Source: Psammoneis japonica (lineage: Eukaryota). From it: a DNA stretch of 34,000 nucleotides. The notes beneath the pieces were generated by a model. It ran no database searches. It saw only the letters and a program-made list of their open reading frames with translations, and was not told the origin of the DNA. The number at the start of each line of letters is the position of its first letter. The stretch's first letter is position 1. The position numbers and the translations under genes are program-made. Where the stretch lies: the NCBI GenBank assembly GCA_008632985.1, contig QPGO01000072.1, forward strand, positions 372,001 to 406,000, read 5' to 3'. Positions 22,069 to 34,000 of the stretch are shown one piece after another.

Positions 22069-25050
22069 TTACTGAATCGAACAATTCTCGCCATCATTGT
22101 CTTCGCCATCGCTGTCGGCATCATCTTCCAGCACAGGGTGGAACCATTCATCACTTGGCAAGGAAGAAAAGCAAGCAAGGTCGTTGCCACCACTATTCTG
22201 TGGGAGCTCTTCGAATTGACCTGCGGGAAGAAGCGGTGCTCTGACGATCGAGCCGTTGGAGAACCCAGCAACAAACCAACTGCCTCGGATAGCCAAAGCT
22301 ACGGGCCTCCTTCACCCAATCCACTGCCTCGTTCCCGCTTGCTATTCCAATTCCTTTGCTGTTTCCGACTCGTTTCATTGTTGCCCCACAGGGGAAACTT
22401 GACTTTGCCAACCGCCATTGACCTCCCGAGAATTGGTGTGGTGATACCTCTTCATCGTACCCTGCTTCGTCTTCGAACTCACGGGGATTTCCATCCCGAC
22501 GGTCCAATTTATCATATTCAGCGTTTCCCTCGATCCGAAATAGCCATGCGGTGCTGAAGCTCTCATTGGCCATTGCCGCGTAACTTCCAGCCATGCACAT
22601 CCTGCCGTGAAAGGCATCGCCCTGTTGAGGGTGGCGGTTGCCGAGGTTACCGTACCCATGCAGCTCCAAGCATGGCTCTCCATATTCATCTTCCAGTGAA
22701 ACAACAGCGACCCGGTCTGCAACTCACAGCAAAACAGAACGTCCGTTCCGCAGATGCTTATACCAGCCACACTATCAAGGCGTGTGCGCTGCTGCTTGAA
22801 CAGGCTGCGGGACGGATCCCAGAAGTCATGACGGCAGAGAGGAACCCCAGGGTTGCTTAGATCCCACAAAATCATTGCATCTGGGAGGCCTGTGCCAGGA
22901 CGCATGCTATAGCTGAAGAGGTATCTATCAGGGACGACAGCCATCGCCTGGATAATTCCCTGGTGCTCTCTCCAGGAATCCATAGGAGTTCGCATGCGCT
23001 CGTGAAAAGGCAAAATGTTGCCCTCGCTAATCTGAGCAGCTTCATCCAAATCAAAGTCAGAGTAGTCTGGCTGACACTGTAGCCGCGGAGAAATGATACA
23101 GGCCAATCCCACAACCATGGTATCTATCCACTGGTCATCGACAAGGAGACGGCAGAAACAACAGTAGCAATGGATGGGTTTGCCGGATTGCCTTCCTCAT
23201 CCTTCCCAACATCGCAAGAATAGGTGCCAGCCGCTTGGCAATCACGTCCACTCCATTTTCGAACTTTGTATGGCCCTCGTTCACCAAAGTGGTGCGCATC
23301 CGACCAAGTGTACAACCAGTGATGCTTCCGCTTTGCGTCATAACGTACGACGATCCCAGCGACACCGAATGTCTCCCTTACTAGTAGCCCAATGTTCCCG
23401 CCAGACCTATCGACTGCATTCGTTCTGTCGCTGTAAATTTGCTTTGTCCAAATCAATTTAGACGGTTCATCGTCTAGAGACCATTTGGAGAGAGTGCCGT
23501 CGTCGTGTCCAGAATAAAGCACAGTTGTTCCGTCGTGCTCTTGCGCAATGGCGAGCGCAGTGACAAGCTTCTTTGTATCGTTGACTTGCGATATCACCAC
23601 GGCATCATCAGCCTCCCCAAAGCAAGGTGGCTCCTTTGGTAGCGGATTGGATGGACTAAGATCGGAGTCAAACTCGGGAAGAAATGAGTCCGGCTTGAGT
23701 TCCTCGCCGGAATAGACCCAACTGGCTTCAACGGCACACAAGAGGTCATGAAACGTTTCAAAACCTCTTTCCACTTTCGCAAGACCTGCTGCTCCTCAAA
23801 GTCACGGTCAAAGGGACCAACCGCACGGCCAACAATGACTCGCAAGACTCCTTTCTTGTACTCAAACCAGCGAAACTTGCCACTGGCCAACTGGGCGGTC
23901 GTCTTGGGGAACGCCTTGGCAGAGTCAAAAGATTTACCACCGGCTGCATTATCGGTCTTCTTTTTCATGCGATAGAAGAGAACCTTGGGACCAAATTCGG
24001 CCATCTCGTCTTGTTGTCTTTCCTGAAGCTTGTTGTATGGATCATCACCATCTGGACCTGCCGGAAAAACGTGACGTACGACCCAACCGTAGCGAATCTT
24101 GTCCAGATGATCCGGATCCGAGGCCGGATCTCGAGGAGTCCAGGCCTGCTCGGCAACCGTCAAGAACTCGGTCATGTTGAGAAACGGTTGTGACGAGAAG
24201 AACAAATCCGAGTCGAATGATGAATTCTCCATGTAGGAAAACGTCGTGTCCTTTTCTGTGCGCTTACGGGAAGAGAGCCCGAGACTAGCACAACCAATTG
24301 CTTTCCTATTTCAATCATATTCTTCTTTCTGGAGAGGAACGTAGTATCCCAGAAACGCTCTGGAGAAGTTTGGATAGTGCGCGTCAATCTGATCTTGCGT
24401 TTTCCACTGAAAAGCCGGGACGGCTTCCAAGTCATTGGTTTGTGCAACAGCATCTCCTTCGCCTTCAAAGTACTGCAAAAGACTGGTTGCCCCGGCAGGT
24501 CGTACAGACAAGACTTTGAGGTACAGCGTCGTCGTGGTGCCATAGTCATAGGTGACCTGAACGATATGCCCACGAGGCAAAAGCTGTTGGCTGAGCTTTG
24601 TCTCTGACGCCACCAATTCGTAATCGTCATCATCAAAATTCTGCTCTTGACGCATTTGTAAATTTAGGCGGGCATGACAAGAATGGTTCCACGATACCCT
24701 TCTTCATCTTCATCTGAAGACGCGTCGCTCTCGTCCGTGTCGTACATTTCATAAAACTTCTCCTTCTTGCGTTCCATGGTTGCTCGTTCCGTACGAATCT
24801 TCCACTCCCACAAGTGATCATCAATCCCGTAAGATTCACCGTCAAACGCTCGACGCTTTTGGAGAGCCGTCTCGCACAGTTTATGCATCACCTGATGAAA
24901 GGAATGCTGAGACGTTGCCACGATCTGCTCGTCTTCCCAGAGCGGCTTGCATTTCTTCCAACTCTCTGGTGGACTGTCAGTCACACCAAATCGCCACTCC
25001 ATAATCTCTAATCTTACACTTTTCTGTAGCTTATTCCCCCTGTTGCTTTT
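22069..25050 (-). pseudogene. Large interrupted gene: pRiA4b-ORF3-like N-domain, WD40/beta-propeller-like region, acidic tail and CaaX (CSIQ)
   Basis: Collinear minus-strand ORFs 24664-25002, 24311-24655, 23594-24232, 23124-23774, 22375-23118, 22193-22669, 22069-22296. Motifs DDHLWEW..VTYDYG..LYLKV, LYSGHDDGTLSKWSL, FVAGFSNGSI. The breaks may be real or assembly indels. Confidence 0.6.
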
Positions 25051-25239
25051 GTCTGGGTTGCTTGTTGTTGCTGGTTGTAACCTTACAGCGTTGCTATTTT
25101 GAGTTGTGATGCGCTCGAATGATGAAGAATCAGAACCACACCGCGCGCCCAAGTCGGGAGTGCACCGCGCCAAAAAAATAAAGGTTGCCGACGCACCGGT
25201 GGCGCGCAGGGCCCTCTCTCTAGAGACTAGCAGCAGGTG

Positions 25240-27490
25240 GAGCAGAAAACGAAGCCAGCTCCCAAGAGATCCCTCATTCTTGTTCTGACAGCACCATGGG
25301 ACAGTGCAATCGAAGTGTCTGCAAGAAGATGCCAACACTAAAAAAGAAATTGTAGCTTCTTTCTTCTCTGCCAGCTTTTGGAAAATCCCCAGCAGCACGG
25401 CGCGGTGGTCTCGTTTTTTCTGCAGCACGACTCACATTGTTGGCGCTTTGCATTGCTGTGCCACACGGCACCATTTTTGGATGTTCCTTCCACAATTTTG
25501 TGTTGACCAAGTCATGTCAACTGATGCCAATCTCATTGGACAGGTTTTTCTGCTCTGGTCTCACTGTTGGGTCCTGGCGCGGGGACAGCGCACATCTGCA
25601 CTTTTGTTTTCATGGTGGCTCAAGGGCCCAATTGCCCAGTTGGCACCAATGGCAATGCTGCCCCTGGCACATCTGGCACCCCCCTGAAACTTGGGAATGT
25701 GCCACACAGGTGGCTGATCAACTTTGCTGTGGCACTTTCTGCATTTCTTCTGACTCTGACTGGCGTCAGCACCCCAGTTGACTGGACCCTTCTGCTCAAC
25801 TGGCCCTTGTTGAACCCAACTTCTCACTCAGCATGGGTTCAGGCTAAGGAAAAGGCCTGGATGATCCAGCACATGAGAACAGCAACTCAACAACCTTGGT
25901 GTCAGAGCAAAGGTGATGCAATGTTTGATCAGGCTGGTTTGTCGGTGTCAAAAACTTTGCAGGATTTGACACCCATGGCCTCTCCTGAACAACCACCCCT
26001 TCCCAAGTGGAGAATGTGGTTATGATGTCATGGTGATGCAATGTTCATGTCATGAATTTTTTTGTGTGTTGGCACGTCACTCAATTTTGCACTTGCACAC
26101 AAGTGCCAATGACAACAGGAAAAATCCTGAACCATGGGGGATGGGAGTTTTTACTCAACGAAACACACATGTTCACAAGAATGTGAACACATCCGACTCA
26201 ACGGATGTGATGATGTCATCACACATCACCCACACCCACATCCCATGGGACCACTTGCAAAGGGGTGCTGAACAACAATGATGCTTGCAGCAGATGATCT
26301 CCAACCTCTGACTGGCTGGTGTGATGTTGTCAAGCTGAAAATTAAAAAAGAAACAGCTGTGCAAGACCGCACCTGAAAAGGCTTTGTCAACCCCCACTCT
26401 TGTCAAAGATGAAATTGCAAGGGGCTCATTTTGTTTTCCCACTCAACCTCAGAAGCTGGTGCTGCACTGCTTGCCAAGTTGTTCTTGTCTGGCTCTGCAG
26501 GGGATGGCCAACCTTGGCAAGAAATGCAAAACATTGGCCAATCTTTGACAGCAGCATGGCACAACCAACAACCCCAGCAGCCAGCAGTCAGGTGGCATGG
26601 CAATCAATGACACTTTGGATCTTGCACACAAAAACAGGCTTTGTGGCTTGGGTGTGCAACACAAGGATGTCCAAACCATGGGAGGAGACGCACCTCTTGG
26701 CCATGACAACATGAGTGGTGCTTTCACCTGGAGAAACACAACATGATGAAACACCAGCACCTGAGCCTTGTGGGATTGCCACAAGTTCCCAACCCTTCTG
26801 CTCACCACGACCAGCACCTGGCACAATGTCTCCAGTTGGTCCAGAACACTGTGGAGCTGGCTCCTTTGCACACATTTGTGGGTTCCCACCTCCCAAGGAG
26901 TGCAGAGGAAAGATTCTTTGTTGGGAGGTTCCCTTTTTGCTCTGTGCTGAGTCAGAAGCAGCCAACAGCCCTGGGAGAGCTGCTTTCACATGTGCTTTCT
27001 CCTGCCTGCCTGCTGCTGCACAAAAACAGGCACAAAAGAAATGATGAGTTGGTCTCTGTTGCAGCAGGTGCTTTTTGCTCATTTGTTTTTTCTTTCATGC
27101 TGGGTTTTTCTAACGCACTGCCGCCACCGCTGCTGCTGCTGCCCACTGAGAGAAGACTCCAGATTTTCCAGCAAAGAGACTGGGTGCAAACTTGAGAGAT
27201 CTGGACAAACACTTTGCAAGTGGCTTGTTTTGGCCCTCTGCTGCTCATGGCATGCCGGTCATTGAAGCGCAGCTGCCCTGCAGCCACACAACTCTTTTAG
27301 AATCACTTTTGTTGCATCGCTGTCATTGGTTTCTTTTGCAGCCTTGAGCCAACAGCTCTTGTGTTGTTGCAGTCGACATTGCCACTGCGAGTGGAAGGCT
27401 TCTGTCAGAAAGATCCAAAATCGATCCAACAGACGCTCAAGAAGATCGAAATGGCCTCTCCCCTGAACAGGCTCGCAACTCAACTCCTTT
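25240..27490. other. TpA-depleted hypermutated domain 3 (unclassified decayed element)
   Basis: Only a handful of TA in ~2.2 kb, with strong TG/CA excess. Abrupt return to TA-rich sequence at 27501 (actatcgtacctgtactgtacagtat). Confidence 0.8.
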
Positions 27491-27715
27491 GCCATGACCG
27501 ACTATCGTACCTGTACTGTACAGTATGCCTTCTCTCCTCTCTCCCTCCTACGGTACTACCTTGGACCTCCGGTCAGGGGTGACTTTTACGAGGTCGAAAA
27601 GTGATAAAACCTCGAAGCAGAAGGCACAATGGCAGAGTCGGCGTCGGCGCAGTCAGAACCGGCGGCGAAACTGTGCACTGTGATTGAATGAGGTGGCTTA
27701 GCACTATACAAAACC

Positions 27716-29412
27716 ATGGTCAACAACAAAAGCAGAGTCATTCTTAATACCGTCGTTCACATCTTATGCTTGAGTGTCTACTTAATTCCGCTCCTATCAC
27801 CTCACGCGGACGAAGCCGTGTTGGATGAAATCCACATTGTTTCCAAAGACAATCCAGACACGACAACACTTGAGAATGATTGGACCGATGTGTTTTACCA
27901 CGATTATTGGGGTCGAGCCATGACCTTTGAATCATCTCATCAGAGTTGGCGTCCACTCACGGTACTTTCGTTTCGTTGGATACGCCTGGGCGGCTCAAGT
28001 GTGTTGTTTGGGCATCGGCTTGTGAACATCATTACACACGCAGCTACGGCGCATTTTGTATCAATTCTGGCAAGCTTGCTATTCCCTGATTCTGACTACA
28101 GAATGGCACTCTTGGCAAAATTAATCTTTTGCTTGCATCCAACCCATGTCGAAATCACTGCCAATGCAGCCAATCGAAACCACTTATTGGCCGTCTTGTG
28201 CAGTGTTGTTTCGTCAGATCCTAGAATTCACGTATTGACACTGGCGACGTTTGTTGTTTGTGGGTTGCTCTGCAGTGAAACCTTTTTGTTTCAAACACCA
28301 GCCATTATAGTTACAATGACTGTGATTGTTTATCGCAGAAATCAAGGGGAGAAACGAGGAGAAGAATGGCCCAGGATTGTGACCCAACTGCTACCACGCT
28401 ACATTTTGGTGTTGTTTCTAAGTTTCGTCTACCTGGGCGGTCGTTTTGCCTTTGATACACTCAGCATTCCAGAGGGATTAATTCGACCTGCAGAGAATCC
28501 ATTTTTTGAATTTAGAGGCGCGAGGCGTGTCTTGAATTACTCGTACATTTTGATTATACACGTGATGAAGTCGATCTGCTTGGATGTGATTGGGTTTTCA
28601 CACGAGTACGGATACAATTGCATACCCGAACTCACAACAGTGTGGTGTCCGCAAATTGCCTTGGTGGCAGCCGTGATTGCTGGAGGCTTGATCATTACAT
28701 ACAAGACGCTAAAGAGGGGAATGACACCGTTCCTCTTGTGGCTGTGCTACGCGTCATGGCTTGCCACGCTGTTTCCCATAAGCGGCCTTGTCAAGGTGGG
28801 GACCTTTGTTGCCGATCGGATTGTTGCTGCAAGTACAGTACCGTTTTCCATTTTCCTGGCAAAGTGGATATCAAGGTGGGTCGTCACTTCAAGGAATCTT
28901 GAAACGCCCAAGCTCAATCCATCAAAGTCGTTCCTAGTGTTCTTGGTATTGGCATTCTTGTGGAGACGAGTACACATTCGTACCATGGATTGGATGGACA
29001 ATGTCCGTCTGCTGACGAGCAGTCTAGAAACGTGCCCAGAAAGCGCAAAGAGTAACTTGGAGCTGTCCAAAGTCTACTCTGGGTTGTATCCCGAAATGGT
29101 GGATCTGCAGTACACGCGAACCTTGTTGGAAAAGACAGCCGAGATTGATCCAAACTTTGCGACGTGCACAAGCAAATGGCGCAGCTGGAAATTCAGGAAC
29201 AAAACTACCTTGAGTTTGAAGAACATTTGGTACAGGCCATCAAGTGCCCCTTTACCATGCAGGGGAGCGTTGCATTGTGGCGAGAGTATTGGGGTATTGC
29301 TTTAAAGGATCCCGCTACTGGTGCTGCTGCAAAAATTCGCTTGACAGGTATTCGAGGCAACTGCAGAAAGCTATTGACGACGCAAACAAGGAAGATCAAC
29401 AATGATACTTGA
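27716..29412 (+). CDS. TMTC-like membrane protein (protein O-mannosyltransferase family, DUF1736 + TPR); frameshift near 29160
   Basis: DYWG..SSHQSWRPLTVLSFR, HPTHVE..AN..NR, ENPF, VGTFVADR, CPESAK motifs. TPR-like tail continues in ORF 29164-29412. Confidence 0.85.
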
Positions 29413-29456
29413 CATGCAACACTAAGTTATTCTTCTACTTTGGCCCGGACGGTCTT

Positions 29457-31520
29457 CTACAATTCCTCATCATACCAGTCCTCGCCTTCTTCCGCACCAC
29501 TGCACTACCAGCAGATCCATAAAGCTGACGCATAATTGGATTTGCAATGTTCTCCACCTCCTTCTGTTTGTCTTCGTAATCATCCTTGTCATGACTGGCG
29601 TCTTCGATCCAGTCGAGAGCATCGTTGATGGTATCCAAGAGCTCCTCTCGATCCTGCGACGAGATATTTCCTTCACTTTCTTCTTCAAGAGTGTTTCTAA
29701 GATTGAAGAGATAGGATTCCAGTCCGTTCTTGGCGTTGACCTTTTCTTGAACTTGTCGATCCATCTCGGCGTGCTCTTGTGCTTGCTGAATCATTCTATC
29801 GATTTCTTCTTCGGATAGACGCCCCTTGTCGGCCGTGATTGTGACATTGTTTGCCTTACCAGTGCCTTTGTCTACGGCAGATACTTGAAGGATACCATTT
29901 GCATCAATTTCAAAGCTTACCTCAATCTGAGGGACGCCACGGGGTGCAGGAGGAAGACCAGAGAGCTCGAATTGACCCAACAACAAGTTGTCTTTGGTCA
30001 TGGTTCGTTCACCCTGAAACACCTGGATAAGGACGCCCGGTTGGTTATCCTGGTTTGTCGAAAAGATTTCTATGAAAGGATGTCCAAAGCATTGGGTGAG
30101 CAAATTATATCAGACACTGCATCTGCGGTATGGCGAATATATCAACTTACGAGACTTTTTTGTTGGAATTCGAGTGTTCCTTGGGATCAACTTGGTGAAG
30201 ACTCCGCCAACTGTTTCGATTCCTTGAGATAGCGGGGTCACGTCCAAGACAAGGACTCCTGGATCGTGATAGGTACCTCCAAGAATAGCAGCTTGAACCG
30301 ACGCCCCGTAAGCAACTGCCTCGTCTGGGTTGATGTTGGTGGAGAGTTCCTTACCAAAAAAGTCGCGCAGAAGATCTTGCACTTTTGGTATACGAGTAGA
30401 CCCACCCACGAGAACAACATCATCGACTTCATTCTTGTCAAGTCCAGCGTCTTGCAAGACTTTCTTGACGGGACCCATCGTCTTGCTAAAGAGGTCAGCG
30501 TTGAGTTCTTCAAACTTGGCGCGAGTTAGAATCTCTGAAAAGCTTACTCCGTTGGCAAGGTTGTCAATCTCCAAGAAGGTTTGCTTCTGAAAGGACAGAG
30601 TCCGTTTGGCTCGTTCCACCTCTTTGCGAAGCTTGGAAAGGGCATGATTGTCCTTGGAAATGTCAATACCTGTTGTCTTTTTGAATTTGGTGGAAAAGTG
30701 TTTCATGACACGTTGGTCGAAGTCTTCGCCACCCAAGTGCGTATCGCCGTTTGTTGCCAGTACATCAAAGAAACCGCTTTCCATTTCAAGCAGAGTCACG
30801 TCAAATGTACCGCCACCAAGGTCAAAGACGAGCACGTTCCGTTCCTTGTTGTTCCCTTCCATCTCGTTGAGGCCATGCGCAATCGCCGCGGCGGTGGGCT
30901 CGCTAATGAGACGTTCCACTTTAAGACCTGCAATGGCTCCTGCATCCTTGGTGGCCTGTAGCTGCGCATCTGAAAAGTAAGCTGGCACGGTAATGACAGC
31001 TCGTTTCACTTCGCGGCCAAGGTAGGCTTCTGCGGAGGCTTTGAGCTTCTGCAACACCATGGCTGACACCTGTTCGGGAGCAAAAGATGTGTCCTGTTGC
31101 TTTCCGTCGGAATCCGTAGTAGAAACATGGACACTGGGCTTGTTGTTGGCGTCGGCCTTGATGGTAAAGGGGAGTAGCCTTTTGTCCAGTTGGACGGACT
31201 TGTCATTGTATGATCGCCCCATGAGACGTTTGATGTCAAAGAGCGTGTTTGTAGGATTCAAGGTCGCTTGGTTCTTGGCTGCATCTCCCACCAGTCTTCC
31301 CCTCCTGATGCAAATGCTACATAGGACGGCGTGATGCGATTGCCTTGATCGTTTGCAATGATATCCACGTGACCGTCCTTGTACACACCAACGCATGAAT
31401 TGGAAGTTCCCAAATCAATACCGATGATGGGACCATCGTCTTGCGCGTTGGGTTCAGGGGAAGCTACGGAGGTAGGTACAATGAATAGCCCAATCAGAGC
31501 CAGACAGGCCACTGTTGTTG
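29457..31520 (-). CDS. BiP: ER luminal HSP70 (BiP/GRP78) with intron 30150-30070; frameshifts near 31300 and 29500, start codon unclear
   Basis: Signal-like [63 protein letters not shown]. An alternate frame ends [12 protein letters not shown] (ER-retention type) at 29457. GTAAGT..TAG intron restores KKSQIFST. Confidence 0.9.
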
Positions 31521-32244
31521 GGAAATCGAATGGTTAGAAATGTTGATGTGATGGACCACCCATTACATTCACGCGAGTGCTGTGTGCATCTTACCGAGTA
31601 TAAGAGCGCTTTTAAGCCCGTTGTATTGCGCCGATTGCGACGCCTGTATCGTAGTTGTAGTTTCTTTCGATTGTTCATGTTAATTTTGATTGGCTTCTGC
31701 AGTAGTTTGCTGTTTTCATTCAACATGGAAGAAAAATTGTGAGCAGAAATAGCGCTTCAGACAGGTTTTGCATGTGGTCGCGTTAACGTACGTTTAAACT
31801 TGACAGGTGGAACCTTTTCCATAACCGAAGGACTATCAATGTCGCGCAAACTCTAAAGTAAATGTAGAGGATGCCGTAGCTATGACATCAATTTCACCGA
31901 CTGACTTCACCACGTGTCGGATTTTCGGTTTCAGACATGCATGACCAAAGTCGCGACTTGTGCGCTCGTGTGCGTGTGGCAGTGTGGAATAAAAATGTGT
32001 GTGCACTGTCTGTCCCGGTCAGTTGTTCTTACCCTGTGGTGTCGCGTCCCGTACAACTTACAGACCTCAGTCCCGATTTCTTTTCAGTCGAACAATTCGA
32101 GTCGTGTTCTGCATTGGTTCGTGAATCGCGGCAGACTCCTCGTGACTGAATTTCTTATGTTCGTGCGAATTTCTGCGGCTCTCGGCCTCTCTCACAATAT
32201 CAATCACACATCGATCGCAACCTTCTCCAGGTAACGAAATACCC

Positions 32245-32751
32245 ATGACAATCACTAGCAACAAAGCAAACTTGTACCCTGTGGCGGACGTTACTCATAT
32301 CGAATCGGACCCTGCTCCATCCGCTCCAATTGTCTATGTCGATCCAGTCCAAAATAATACCAGCACCGCGCCAACAGACGAGACGATTCATGTCGTTCCT
32401 GCTACAACCGGCACGACATCAAGTGGTCCTGTAAAGAGACCTACAAAAGCAACGATCAATCAATCAAGTCCACCACAAACAACGACATCGCACCCTCCAC
32501 CTGGTGCTCCCGATGGTGGTCAGTGGGTTACAATCAATCATACAGGTGGTGGCACATGGGCAATTTGTGGTGTTCTCTCCGTAATTGGCTGCATATTGTT
32601 TTTGTTCCCTTGTGGAATATTTGCCCTTTGCTGCCCATGCGATGAAAAAGATGCTTATGTCGTGAACAATAGTGTTTATGATGCATCTGGTAAATATCTT
32701 GGGACTACGAAAAAGATAAATACGGTTCGCCGCAATCGCCGCCGTCGATAA
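32245..32751 (+). CDS. Small protein: Pro/Thr-rich N-terminus and a Cys-rich transmembrane segment; function unknown
   Basis: 168-aa ORF with PPPGAPDGGQW, then hydrophobic WAICGVLSVIGCILFLFPCGIFALCCPCD and a basic tail. Confidence 0.75.
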   Translation: MTITSNKANLYPVADVTHIESDPAPSAPIVYVDPVQNNTSTAPTDETIHVVPATTGTTSSGPVKRPTKATINQSSPPQTTTSHPPPGAPDGGQWVTINHTGGGTWAICGVLSVIGCILFLFPCGIFALCCPCDEKDAYVVNNSVYDASGKYLGTTKKINTVRRNRRRR

Positions 32752-32827
32752 GGACCAGACGAACAAGACCGAGGCATAGACATAAACTTGTAGGGCCTAC
32801 AAAACAATTATTTGCTCTAAAATTATA

Positions 32828-34000
32828 TCAATAGTACCATGTTTCTCTCTTTCGTCGCTTATCTGTAGCTGTCTTTTCAAGTGCCGCAGCATCCTCGTCG
32901 TCAAGGACTTGCTCAAAATCTACAACATCGCCAACGATGGGGTGATTGACCAAGGAGTGTTTGATTTGCAGAAGATGCATAGCTGCGCTAGATCGTCGTA
33001 GCTGGTAGACACCATAAAACGGGCGGTTCATATCAAAGGAAAACTCATAAAAAAGCACATAGACGACAACCAGAAGAGAAAACAGAATCTGCGCGATAAT
33101 GGCGGGCGTCCCCTTCACCTGCACCGTTGCCACAGTGCCAAGAGAGAATCCAATGAGCAGCAAACCACACAAAAAGGTCAAGACATCAAAGTGGGTTGGA
33201 GGTAACGCAAGGGCCTCATCACTCATGCGTTTAGATCTCAAGGAGAAGAGCTCAGTCACAATTGTTCGAATTTCGATCACTCTCGGAGAAAGTTCATCGA
33301 GCACTCCATCGGCCTCTTGCTTGGTCAGTATACGCAGTATTCGGGCGTATGGGTCGTTGTAGATGAGTCCCATGATTTCTCTTCCTCGGCTCTCTCGCAC
33401 CAAAGTTCGGACTTGATCTGCTACGCACTGCGCTGCCTCGCAGCAGGTGCTGTCATCATTCCCGAACAAATCCAATAAGTGGTGGCAGACCAGCGCGAGT
33501 GCCGCTGTTTCTTGGGAGACAGTCTGCTGCATGCGCCCAATCCGATCGTACAAAATACTCAGTGTCAGTGACACCAACGTGCCCAGTACAATCGAAATCC
33601 CCGGCAAGAAGACATTGACAAGGGCTATTAAGTCATCTCCTTTGACGCGGTCCAATAGGTTGTCTTCCAAAAAGCAGGTCAGGTAGGGAAAGACAAAAAA
33701 GGCCATGCTCCCAACAACAGCCCGAGCTGGAAGTCCGTTCCAAGCAAGGAAATTCGCCAATGGGGAATATTTGTTGCGTGGCAAGGCCACATCATTGATG
33801 GATGGCAGAATATGTCTATTTTCACTATCAAACTGTCTTCGTCGAGCATATCCACGAGGTTCGACCAAGCGGGTAATTTGTGAGTAGGCTTCTGTTGGAG
33901 GATAGTCGATGAAGCTTATCCAACTGAACGTGTGCGCACCCTCGTCTTGTGAAAGTGGATAAGTAGAAGCAGGGAAGAGAGCGACTCGCTTTCTCTGGGC
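32828..34000 (-). CDS. Multi-pass membrane protein (DUF4239/bestrophin-like); 5' end lies beyond the window
   Basis: Frame is open from the window edge to 32828. Two hydrophobic hairpins separated by a helical loop; SFDMNRPFYGVYQL motif. Confidence 0.7.
   Translation of the reverse strand, partial: AQRKRVALFPASTYPLSQDEGAHTFSWISFIDYPPTEAYSQITRLVEPRGYARRRQFDSENRHILPSINDVALPRNKYSPLANFLAWNGLPARAVVGSMAFFVFPYLTCFLEDNLLDRVKGDDLIALVNVFLPGISIVLGTLVSLTLSILYDRIGRMQQTVSQETAALALVCHHLLDLFGNDDSTCCEAAQCVADQVRTLVRESRGREIMGLIYNDPYARILRILTKQEADGVLDELSPRVIEIRTIVTELFSLRSKRMSDEALALPPTHFDVLTFLCGLLLIGFSLGTVATVQVKGTPAIIAQILFSLLVVVYVLFYEFSFDMNRPFYGVYQLRRSSAAMHLLQIKHSLVNHPIVGDVVDFEQVLDDEDAAALEKTATDKRRKRETWYY

Overview
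Eukaryotic genomic DNA, most likely from a pennate diatom (inferred from short GT-AG introns and diatom-type gene families). Genes: an EF-hand protein, a three-exon ~1122-aa secreted Pro/Thr-rich protein with Cys-rich 'GACC' repeats, a class II O-methyltransferase, a HET-like+LRR protein, a broken pRiA4b-like/beta-propeller gene ending in CaaX, a TMTC-like protein, BiP/HSP70, a small Cys-rich membrane protein and a partial multi-pass membrane gene. Three domains (~650-4000, ~9700-15700, ~25240-27490) hold transposon remnants and decayed gene copies. They are almost free of TpA, low in CpG and full of TpG/CpA. Alignments between copies inside and outside the domains show the expected CpG->TpG/CpA decay plus a systematic TpA->TpG/CpA change (A-to-G on either strand). 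This change spares TTTA/TAAA contexts, spreads from a MITE into a flanking gene, and leaves duplicates outside the domains untouched. It looks like a RIP-like, domain-targeted A-to-G hypermutation process and is the main candidate for an undescribed system. Most of the short Cys/His-rich, Tyr-free ORFs in the track are by-products of it.
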